64,000 bases of DNA, taken from NCBI GenBank assembly GCA_051294905.1, contig CM119379.1:24366001-24430000 (forward strand). Reading direction: 5' to 3'. Positions 49,801 to 61,800 of the stretch are shown one piece after another (position 1 is the stretch's first letter; the number at the start of each line of letters is the position of its first letter). The translations under genes and the position numbers were made by a program. The notes below the pieces were generated by a model that searched no databases, had not been told where the DNA came from, and saw only the letters and a list, made by a program, of their open reading frames with translations. The DNA is from Botryllus schlosseri. Taxonomy: Eukaryota.

Positions 49801-52800
49801 ACGCGCTACCAATTAGCAGTGGCGGCTCGTGACAATATCGGGTGGTGGGGCAAGGGCCGCAAGCGATTTGTTATCAATATGACGTCACAGTAGCGTTTTT
49901 CAACGTTCATGATGGTCACATGAATTACCCGTAAACAATGATTTTTAACGTAGGTGCCGCGAGAGGTTTGCCGGTGGCGTGACTTGAAGTGCGGTAACAA
50001 ATGTTTTATTCATTGTTTTTTATGCAAATGATTATCATTGAGCTGCGACATTACATTTACTCTGCCAAACAATTTATATTTAACTGCACTAGCCATGTGC
50101 ACTTGGGATTTTTGGTGCGCTTTCACACGCTCTGACAAATGCTTCAGATCGCGATAACCAATTTTGTTCCAACAAGAGCCACTGCTTCCGGTACCGGCAC
50201 TGTCGAATAAAAGACAGTAAAAGCAAAACAAGGCGTTTTTATCCTCGCTATAAGTAAGCCATTCATTTTTATCGAAATGCGCTGAAGAAAAGGCACGAGT
50301 GCGTTTTCCTCCGGCGTACGATTGGACCAATGGGCAATTTCTAGGCTGATACGGACCTAGTCGCTTTACCTCTAATTTTTGCTCTAAAGGCAGCTGGCTA
50401 AACGGCGTACGGAGCAAAGATTCAACACGATTCATGTTCGCACTTGAGCTGACTACTTATCTGCAGAAATGGAAATGACTATAAATCGAGAGATTGCGTA
50501 TGCCTTACTGGAAAGGTCAACGAGTTCGGACACATACGCAATTGTTATCTCATAGATTGGACAAGGAAATGTCATATTGAATCCAAAACATCATTCTGAA
50601 GAACTACGGATAGCAGCCTCGGAAATTCGGTCCCGGTACAGCTTGGGAGATTTTGACCTTGAGGCTGGAGATTGTCACACGACACATACGGCTTACGGTC
50701 TATAGTGTCTACTGTCTATATGTCTGCTGCAAAATCGCCTTCGGAAAATATATTACCGAATAAATACGTGGATGAAAGCCGAAAACTTGGTACACTGTTA
50801 CATGAAATCATCGAGAAGTAGCCTCATGACCGTTTTCGGTATGGTACACTGTCAAAATTAATACGAATTGATCAACGCCGAATTTTGCGTAAAATTTACT
50901 GAGGAATAGGCTGATCAAGCGATAAGCTGTTAGCCGCCATCGAAAACGAAACAGCTATCGCGCTTGACAGGGGTTGTAATTGTGAGCAAATGGCCCGAAG
51001 GCCACCATTCCACGGTGAAATTGACATTGGAGAATATAAAATAAAACTAAATATTTGAATGCAAACCGAGGATGTTAGTAAACTGTTTCATGATATCATC
51101 ATCTCATCACCTATCTCAGTATGGAACACAGATACACCGGCTTTTGCGTGAAATCCGCAATGCGTTAGGTAGGCTAAGTGTCAGATCAGCGCACATCTCT
51201 ACCATACTCGAACTTGATAACGAAATTGCTGCCCTAATCATTGAGTGCCAACCTTGAGACTTGGCACAGCGTTCGATACTAAAATCAAGACATACCATGT
51301 ATAAGCTCAAGACGGATCTAGCTAAGGAGCATCGTTAAAATTAATGGAGACCAATACCGGCTTTGCGTGAAATATGTTTGCGATACATGACGGATCAGCA
51401 CACACTCGACTTTGGAAACGGAATTACTACCCTAAACTTTGAGTAGAAACCCTGAAACTTAGGACAGTGTTAAATACCACCATCACGACATGACATACCA
51501 AGTTTCAAGAATTATCATGGTGTGAAACACCATCAAAATCGACCTATACCAGCAAAGGTCGACTCAACGCATATCACGGTATCCGAGTTCAGATATAGAT
51601 ACGATTGTTACATCACACCTTAGGGGCGACAGGCATATATGCCCCGGTTGCTCGGCCATTTTATGAATAGGAGAGAGTATATCACCGTTTCTTAATTGTG
51701 CGCGGCTTTGAGAGAATAGATAGTGAAAGCTTGTTATGCAGACATGGGGTAATCGCGATTAGTAATCGTAATCGATTACGACGATTACAGCATTTTGAAG
51801 TAATCGTAATCGCAATCGATTACATTCGAAAAAAATCCGAAGTAATCGTAATCGTAATCGACTACTTCCCATATCTAATCGATTTGTTTGTGAAAGAACG
51901 ATTACTTTTTGTTTGTACAAGGACTATGACATAAACTGAATATTTGTGACTAAGAATGAGATAATATACCACGTTAGCGTTAGCATAAACATCTGTTTTC
52001 AAACGCCACTGACTCATTATTACGTCAGAAGTATTAGCTCCGCTCGTCATTGCGTAACAAGTATCCACACATAGTAAACATACATGCGATGGACATTGTA
52101 GTGTGATTGTAAGAACACCTCCCGTGGTGTATATCAGGTTATCAATACACTACAGAAGCCGCTACCTCGCAGCAGGATATCGATCACCACTCTGCCTATA
52201 GTTTCAAATAGTAACGTATGTATTAATGTTTGGTTGTGCTTAGTTAAACGCAGTTTACCATTGCTGCTTGGCGAGCAGGAGGCCTACGTACGCACGTGCA
52301 CCTGACGAAGATTCGGAATTTTGTACTCGTCGAATAAGACATTGCAGTTTCCACAGCGAAGCATTACAAATAAACAGCTGCTGATATATATCATAACCTA
52401 GCCGTGCTTAGCCGTTTCTCGTAACAGCAGCTCGCCGTATATGTATTAAGTTGAAGGCAGAATTTTTATGGTAACCATATCTTATTCTCATATAACTACT
52501 TGAAACGGGCGTCAATCGTTATTTCACAGTTCGTTACTTAGCATTTGGACCTGCCGCCATAACCATCCGTTTATATAGCATGACATGTTAGCGTGGGTTG
52601 TAGCTAGAATCAGCAATTCAGCCAAAACAGCAATTACCCTGTCCAACCGTTGATCAATTTTCAAAAGTGAATTTCGTTAATAATATTGGTAATTGCATTA
52701 TATTACTATTCATTTATAACCTCTCTGAGCCCCGAGTGTCAGATTTACCTGTAACGCTGGGCAGCACCGTAACTGCCGCACCCCAAACCCCCCAAATGGG

Positions 52801-55800
52801 GGGGGCCCGAGCTCGAAGGGGGCCCAAAATTATTTCGTGAATTAGCATAAATTAAAGAGTATTTTTTTTTAAATTTATGCAACTTTTTCAAATTTTTTTC
52901 GCGCTGCGCGCGATGTCAACCTGCCAAACATCTTCAATATTTGTACTCTTCCTCCAAGAAAAAACACGCAAGATTTATAGAAATAGACATATCGGCGTTG
53001 GTCATTACAGCGCCACGACGCACCAAGACATATAACGATCTAGGACATATTACATGCGACTCCAAGAAGTGTGCCAGAACGATCGGCAGCGCGAAAACTT
53101 TGGCCGAAAAGGACTGCCCTTACGCTGTCCGAAAACTTCGTTGTATATACAAAATACATATAGGTTTAATTGTCAATAGGCGCCTAAATGACTGGCGCCA
53201 AATGTTCCTGTCTTGGCAATCTGAACCTCAGAAGACAAACACCATCCCGCAGGGAAGAATTATATGCCAGTGAAGAAATACCAATTTGAAATCGTCTGCG
53301 TCTTTTAGTTTAGTACGTTTGGGCTATTCTATATTTTTTGATATAGCAGACAGGAGGTCACGTCACGTCACATCATGTAACGAAGTCATACCAACGGGTC
53401 CGCCCGCCCGAAGATGTTTAATTATTATTTACGGGCGCTACAGTTTCCGGTAAATCTGATAACGTGAGCAGAGAGGACAAGAAATTGATAGCAATATATA
53501 TGCAATTCCCGATCTTATTGGCCGCTTTTATCATGAACAGGGCTGGGCACAATGATTCGAGTACTCGAATCAGAATCGAGTATTAATTTTAATGATTCGA
53601 GTCGAGTAGGAAAGGACGATTTTTTTGAGTACTGAAATTGTACTCTTCTCGCCACTGAATGTTAATTTATCAACGAGAATTATAGTTTCGATACTAATTT
53701 TCACTGTAGAAGCCTTGGAACCTTGATTGGCTGTATCGTAGCATACGAAACATGGTACAAAGCTACGAAGGTTACTCGATGTAGCACATTTCCGAAGTCA
53801 TGATTATCCCACAACATCATCACCAAGTGAAATGAAGTCGGTATGGTCGAAAAAAATACCAAAGTATCATTTATGAGACGGATAACAGGCATTAAATTAT
53901 TTGTGGTGACATAAGAGTTAGATATTTGAACTTTGACGTATTATATTAAGTCATGGCGTCATAATGGGTGATACTAGATTACTGGACTCGACTCGAAGCA
54001 TATTACGTGATTCAAAATCGAATCACTCCGGTACTCGATTTTGCCAAGCCCTAATCATGAATTATCGAAAATTTTCGCGCCTAGCGCTGGCTCACTAGAC
54101 AGTACGACTAATTTCGTGACAAAAGCGAACAATGTGATGGGGGAGGGGGCGGGTTATCACCCTATCGGAGCCAAAGACCCAATTATTTTTTAGCGGGCTG
54201 ACGAAGTGCTGTTTCATTCCTGCCAACGGGTGTACGCCCGATAATATTGACCGGTTTAATCATGAATTATATAAATTTTTCGCGCTTCGCGCGTCCAGGC
54301 GGGAATATCTGACTCACTAAACGGACACCCAATGTAGATGACAAGTAGCGGCAAAGATCGGATTGCCAGAGGGGGGTCTGGGGGGCGAAGCCCCCCAGAA
54401 GTTCGGTTTATCACCGTATGGGGGGCCCTAGACCAACGTTTTGGGGGGGGCCTGACGAAGTGCTGTTACGGCCCTGACGCTGGGGCACGTAATTCATATT
54501 CATAGCATCTGGTATGTTGTTATAATTACTGTATGTTGTTAATTCGCGACCTCCAGTCCGTTGTATAATCACAAGATATTGTACTCGCCCAAACGTGGCA
54601 GACTAAAAGAATATCTTTTGTTAGACGCACACACAAATTGTTATTCCTTTGTGGATTCGCCGGGTGACATTTGCATTGTGGGACCAGATTGGAAGGACAG
54701 GAGTTATTAGTCCCGCCCACTCAGCGCGGCTATTGACAATGGACGAATACCCCAAGTTTCGGCCAAGGTATTTCTTTGGTATCACATCCCGTGAAGTTGC
54801 GTGTTGGCCGGAACTGCTTATATGTTTTGGTGTGTTGTGGGATCGTGGTGCGGTAATGACCGGCCACGAAATGCCTGTTCCCATAAAATATAGCCTATGT
54901 ATGTTTTTTCTTGAGGGGAAGAGGTATGCATTTCAAACCCAGCTATCTACTGGAGCAGGGGTCACCAACTGTTTTGAAACAAAAAGCTACTTCTTGTGTA
55001 GTGTGTACTGCTGATTATTGCGACGACCGACGGGTTACCACGTACTCCCGTCGTTTATCCATGTTCAGTTAGATTTCTTCACTTAGAGTAAGACAATCAG
55101 AGCACTGGGCCGGGTTTCCGCCCCTTACCAAGAAAAAAAAACGCTCACTCGCAGGGAATCACACCAGCTCCTCCAAGCTCAGTTGCGTTGCTGCAGTGCG
55201 CGCAGAAGCGCCGATCTCCGCGTCTAGACTCGGGAATATTAACTATATAGATTCCCGTTGAGCCGCCGCATGGGCGAAGACAAGCAATGCCCCGAGCGAC
55301 TGCGTTCGTATGTTCCTTGGCGTCGGCCGACCCATGTTCAACTGCTGCTCATATGAAACGAGCTTCAACTATCAAATCTCTCATTTGGATATTTGCTACA
55401 GCGCAGTGGTGGCCACACGAACGGGGGGCCTGGGCGAGACTTACCGGGGGCCGCCCTATAAGTATCTATCCGTAACTTATGGGGGGCTTCGCCCCCCAGA
55501 ACCCTCTTTCGCATCTGTTATTATTATCTATCTATCAAGGTTTGGCCAGGTGCTGGATTCGGCCATGTCTATTTTTCATGTGTGCAAAGATAGACGACAT
55601 TAAAACTAAGTAATTCTACTGCATGCAGAGACGTGATGATTATCGGGATATGGTACTTTTATAACAAATGCAGAGATTTGATGATGATTGACACATCTGT
55701 ACGGAATCCTATTCTTGCCTTACACGGATTTCCATGTTTATTCGTTATTATCCTTGAAAAAAGCGCATAATCCAAATAGGGGAGCCCTTCGGCCAGCCCC

Positions 55801-58800
55801 CCTGGCGACCGCCCATCTCGCCCACCCCAAAAGCCACCACTACTACAGCGACCGCGGGCGACTCATTTGGTCCGCGTTGGTGACCCCTGTACTAGAGATA
55901 TTTGAATCGCAAAGCTCGAAAAACATTTACAAGAATTAATAAAATTCTCGAAAATGCTCTATAATATATGTTGGTTTACGAAATACTTTTGAGTCGCCTT
56001 CGAGCACGCTCCCCCCTCTATTAAGGAATTTGGGGCGCGGCAGGTAAAGACCTGGCAATAATGCAAATCGTTGGATGCGATAAATCATCCACTATAAAGT
56101 TGTGCAATTGATATATTATGACGTAATAAGCAAATGACGCATGATGTATGAAGAAAGTTGATATCTCATTAAGCCTTTTCATCGCAATCCTTGTATTGCC
56201 TTCCCATATATCATTTAAGATTATAGTCCTAAGCAAAACAAATGTAATCGTAAGTAATCGTGATTACTCTTTCAATGTAATCGTAATCGTAATCGACTAC
56301 TTCCTGATTTTGCTGTAATCGTAATCGTAATCGTAATCGCGTGATTCCGAAGTAATCGTAATCGCAATCGATTACATTCATAAAGTAATCACCCCATGTC
56401 TGGTTATGAGCGCTACCGGGGCAAGCCCCGGCTAGGCATTCACAAAGCGAAAACACAGAAGAGAATTCGATTTTCGCAGAGACTTCTCTATGTATGGGCA
56501 TTTGCAAGCGAAAGCACAAGAAGAACGCGGGTTTCGCTGTGATCTCGGTATATATTGAGCGCTGTGCGTCTATAAATGGTTAAATTGTTATTGAACAGAA
56601 TTTTAGGTGGGGCAATGCCCCAGTTGCCCTATAGGACGAGCCGCCACTGCCAATTAGCATAAAGCGTGTGCCACAGCACACACAATCTCCTGCTGAGTTG
56701 GTTTGGCGTTTGCACCCGAGCGAAATTAGGTCATTCATTGATTGCTGAACACGCGCGGCAATCCTCGCTAATTCATCGACAGGCCATGTGCGCAAAATAT
56801 AATCGCTTGCGTAATCAGTCGCACCTCCAACAGGCGTGGTGTGCACGACATAACCGTTGGCCTGAGCAATCGCATCTGACCTCGTGCGCAAGATGTCGCG
56901 TCGCCGGCCTCGCAGGCTTTGGCTGCTATCTACTATCGTATATAGAGGCAATACCGTTACTTGTATAATGATTAGCAATCACATCTGTAATAGGGCTCGT
57001 GCGCAAGACGTCGTGTCGCAGGCCCGAACTATCGCGTCGCCAGTAGGGCTGGGCAAAATCGAGTACCTGAGTGAATCGATTCTGAATCACGCAATATGCT
57101 TCGAGTCGAGTCGAGTAATCGAGTATCACTAATTATGACGTCATAACAGAACGTGATGTGTGAAGGCTTAAATATGCATCTTTTATTCCACCTCGAAGAA
57201 TATAATGCCTGTTATCCATCACATAAAAGATATTTTGGTATTTTTTCGACCATACCGATTTTATTGCACTTGGTGACAATGTTGCGGGACGATCCTGAAT
57301 TTGGAAATCTGCTAGTTCCAGCAACTTCGTAGCTTTGTACTATATGTTTTGTATGCTACGATACGGCCTATCAAGGTTTCAAGCCTTCAACTGCAAAAAT
57401 TACTGTCGACACTATAATTCTCTTCTACAAATTAACTTCCAGTGGCGAGGAGCGTATAATTCCAGTACTCGAAAAAATCGTCTTTTACTACTCGACTCGA
57501 ATCATCACAATTAATACTCGATTCAGATTCGAGTACTCGAATCATTATGCCCAGCCCTAGTCGCCAGCCTCGCAGGCCTTGGCTGCTCTGTACTATCGTT
57601 TGGAGACAATGCCGTTAATTGCATAATGATTAGCGATGGTTATGTCATCATTGTTCGACAGTGACATCGCAAAACAGAACAACATCGCGTACTAAAGCAC
57701 AGTTATCCATGTACTGTGAATGCAGGGTGCGTACTATACATGGGTACAGGCTTTTTCCCAGAATTTGCATGTCATTTTAAGGGTGCGTATTATACATGGT
57801 GGCGTACTATACTTGAAAAATTACGGTAGTATGAATTGATAATGTTGTTAGTTGTTACCAATGTCTAGTGCAGAATAAATACCTTCTCTTACTAATGTAG
57901 TTTTGTATTTTCCATGCGTAGGCCTACCTTCCATTGTGGATTTTCATTTTATTGAAATTTTTATCAGATCAAACATGACAAGATTGCGATGTAATAAAAA
58001 GACAGGAGGGTGGGTTGTGATGTGAGGAGAAGCAAGTCTCCATCTGAATCAGCTAACCTTTTAGGTTTATGTATTTGCGAATCTCGTCCATAAAGGGAAG
58101 GAGGCTAAATGAGTCTCCAAATCTCAGCCTCACCGCATACCAGTGTTTCTGTTAGGAGGAATTCCTAATTTTCTGATTAACACCAGAAAGATATTAGGGT
58201 TTTACAAATACAATCTCCGCAAAAAGCGCGCGTTTCTATATACATCACTTACTACGATCACAGAGAAAAGCAACTTTGTCTTAACGTCGTTGACGCGTTC
58301 ATTGTCGACGATGTCTCCGTCGTGAAAGATTTCGTTGATGTCATCAAGAGCTTGTACTCTTCCTTCGCTGTACAAATTTCTGTACTCCTTAATTAATTCC
58401 ACGCTTCTGGGCGCTCCCGATTCGATGTTTTCGTAGTTCGGACTTATGCTGATGAACGTCTCAGCTTGTTTGGATAACCTATATGCGTATTTGAAAGGAA
58501 TTTTACAATGCATAAATTGCAGCTATAAAGTCACATACCTTGCTATGAGGTCTTTTTCTCGCCTTCTAACTTTATCGATAGTTTGATGAGCTCTTTTCAA
58601 GTCCTTCTTCAGACGCTCTATTTCGCTGGCGCTCTTGTCTAATGACGCTTGCAGTGTGGATAGAGAACCCGGCGTCGATTTTCGTGAAGGTAGTTCCATA
58701 CTTCCAAAGGAGGACCGACCTAGCGTAGAAAACTTAAGACCTCAAAAATATTTCTATTGGGAGCAGTAGAATTCAAAGTGTGCGAGGGAATTGCCGTCGG

Positions 58801-61800
58801 CGACGGAGGTGGGTCATTGCAGACTGGATAATATAAAGCTATCTTGGCGGCGTCTTAAATACTTCCCAATGGACATAACTTGTCCAATACAAGCTAGATA
58901 GCTCTGCTAAAAATGATCAAATCTGACCATTAACAATTATGAACCATGTTTATTTCCACGCAATTACCTTCAAGTCACATGTGTGGATTTTATGCAGTAA
59001 GAAACCTCATACTATAAAGCGCGAATAAAAAACGGGAGGCAGACGCCACATAATATCAGATAGATGTCGCTCCGAATATAGTAATTAGTCTAATTACTAG
59101 GTCAAGTTTACTAGGTCAAGTTTTTGTAACTTTTTTTACAGCTTCCGGCATCTTCCTAGATACTCAGAATCTAAGTACTATAATATTTTATGCTGTTTGA
59201 AGGGATTTTATAGTGCAACTTTTTGCAACTTTTCTCTATTTTTCGTGCCAATTTTCACTGCAACTTTTATCAAATATTGCGGTAAAATGTAAAGGAGTGA
59301 TTTAAAAACATGCTATAAGCTATTTCTAGTACGGTTCTATGAGTTATATGAGGGTTAGCTGCATCTCACTGTTATCTATGACACAATGGCTCGCAAGCAA
59401 TGAGTTCAATTACGCCTACCAAGCACGACCATGCCCTAACAATATGTAAATAGATCGCTTTATTAATTCTGTCGTTTAAATTTGAAATAGTTTCCCATTT
59501 CACGAGCGCCCAGCCGAGACCGTCGAAATATACATTTTCACTGAGTCACCTTTTTCAGGCTTGCTTTTGTTAAAGTCACCGACAGTGAGTTTTTCTGTAA
59601 TGCCTTGGGTCAAGTTTGCAGACCTAGGGGGTTTGGGGTGTGTTGTTGGACTTGTTTTAGGGGGAGGGGGTTATCGCTAATTCGCTATGCTGTTTGGCCT
59701 TTTTATGGAAGCATTTCGTAATTTTCTTGCTATGTACCGGAAAAAATGTAATTTTTGGCGGTTTCGCCAGACCGTGCGTTAAATGGTAATAAATTAACAA
59801 ATTTGACAGCTCCGCAGGAACTAAGTTATACAACGGAACCCTTCGAGTATCTCATACCCTAATAATTCAACAAAAATTCTAATTGCAACTTTTTACTGCA
59901 ACTTTTCATAAAATTAAATGCAACTTTCTCGCGATTTTAGTGCAACAAAAACTTGCCGTACTAATTACTAATTAGTAGGGCTGGGCACAACGATTCGAGT
60001 ACTCGAATCTGAATCGAGTATTAATTTTACTGATTCGAGTCGAGTAGTAAAAGACGATGTTTTCGAGTACTGAAATTGTATGCTCTTCGCCACTGAAGTT
60101 AATTTATCAACGATAATTATAGTTTCGACACTAATTTTCACTGTTGAAGACTTAAAACCTTGACTAGCCTTAACGTAGCATACGAAACAGATAGTACAAC
60201 GCTATGAATGTTACTAAAAATAGCACATTTCCGAGGTTATGATCATTCCACAACATTGTAACCAAGTGCAATGAAATCGGTATGGTCGAAAAAATACCAA
60301 AGTATCTTTAATGTGATGGATAACAAGAATTACAGTATTTGTGGTCGCATAAAATACACATTTTTGAACTTTGACATATTACATTCTGTTGTGACGTCAA
60401 AATGAGGGATACTCGTTTACTCGATTCGACTCGAAGCATTTTACGTGATTCAGAATCGAGTCACTCAGGTACTCGATTTTGCCCAGCCCTACTAATTAGT
60501 ATGCACCCTACTGCTACTGTGTCGTGTCACAGTCATGATTTGACTCGTGAATGTCACTTCCTATCCATATTATCTCTTAAATGTATGAGATTTTAGCAGT
60601 AGTAAAAGGTATGCCAAAACGGTACACGTATGACCTATATCAGGGATCGCCAATTCAAAACGGGTCGCGGGCCACTTTTCAGATTTCGTAGTGGCCCCAG
60701 GCCGCATGAATTCAATATCAATATAGACTATAGGCAACCACGTTTTAAAACTCTACGTCAGTACGCCGTGCTACCTTACATATAGGCAATGGGCATTGTG
60801 ACCACAAAAGAAGTAATATTTTATTAAAGGAATACAAATTCTACACATTGTCGTTTCCATGGGATTTGCAGCCTTGCGCTACAGCCGCGTGTATTGGATG
60901 CTGCGATATGCCCAAGTGAGGTTTCAAGCCTGCCACGGCGAGAATAACGAATCTAAACTATGTAATTTTTGTCGATAAAGTCCCTATTTGCACTCTTAGC
61001 CATTGGCCAGGCAATGCGTCGTTGTTCCTATAGCTCTAAATATGATGTCAGATATTTGAAATACATATTTAAAACATCATTCTTATCGTATACGTCACCA
61101 TGCTAACCCATATGTGGTTGTATACGTAGGTAGGTGGAGTCCCCAAGAGTGGATCCGGTCCAAACAAAGCATAATCTATAATAATAATGTTTATATATGA
61201 CGAATGGCTCAGAAGACATCATGCTATACCGATATATTTCGACTTTCACAATATCTTAGCAGTTAGCACCATCTGCGCCGTTAACCTGGTGTCTATAAGA
61301 TAGTGTAGTAATCTAGTAGTAGCACTGTATAATTTTTTGAATGTGATGATTGCTGTGGATTCGTAGAATATTGTATCTTTCTCCGGCGAATAAAATCATT
61401 TGTGTTAACCCACGCGAGATCGCTTGTGTTACAGTACCTATCACAAAGCAATACAATCACTAATTTCGTCCGGTAAGAAAAGCAAACTATCACAACATCC
61501 CTACTCCAATTTCCGCCAACAATAGCCCCAGAATTCATCATACTTGTCTCAATGGTTTTGCCACAATGGCCGGAATGAAGATTAAGCCCCCGCGTCTATA
61601 ATGTGGCTTAAATAATGGATTCCGATTTGCTTGTTTTCATCTGTAATGAAGCGTTCTATCAGAGACGCAATGCTCGATACCATTACCAAGTATAGACTTA
61701 TAAACTAATGAATTGATTTCATGATTTAGTATTATTTTACCTGTAGTAAGTTTATGCATGTCGTCGTACGTTTCCGATATTTTCAAGACATTTGATGTGA

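Larger units (their letters stand above)
51739..56402. mobile_element. TIR element with GTAATC arrays and 6-bp TSD
   Basis: 12-bp TIR cagacatggggt / accccatgtctg; duplication gttatg defined against the empty site near 40254-40262 in copy 1. Confidence 0.9.
49817..56649 (-). mobile_element. 2163-bp non-autonomous hAT element, copy 2 (with 4664-bp insert), inside the Mieap-like intron
   Basis: Same TIRs as copy 1; perfect TSD ccaattag; core length after removing inserts and TSDs is 2163 bp in both copies. Confidence 0.95.

Noticed and set aside
59079-59970. tagtaattagt / actaattacta inverted ends suggesting a Polinton-like or other element
   Set aside because: No consistent TSD and no coding content; left unclassified.
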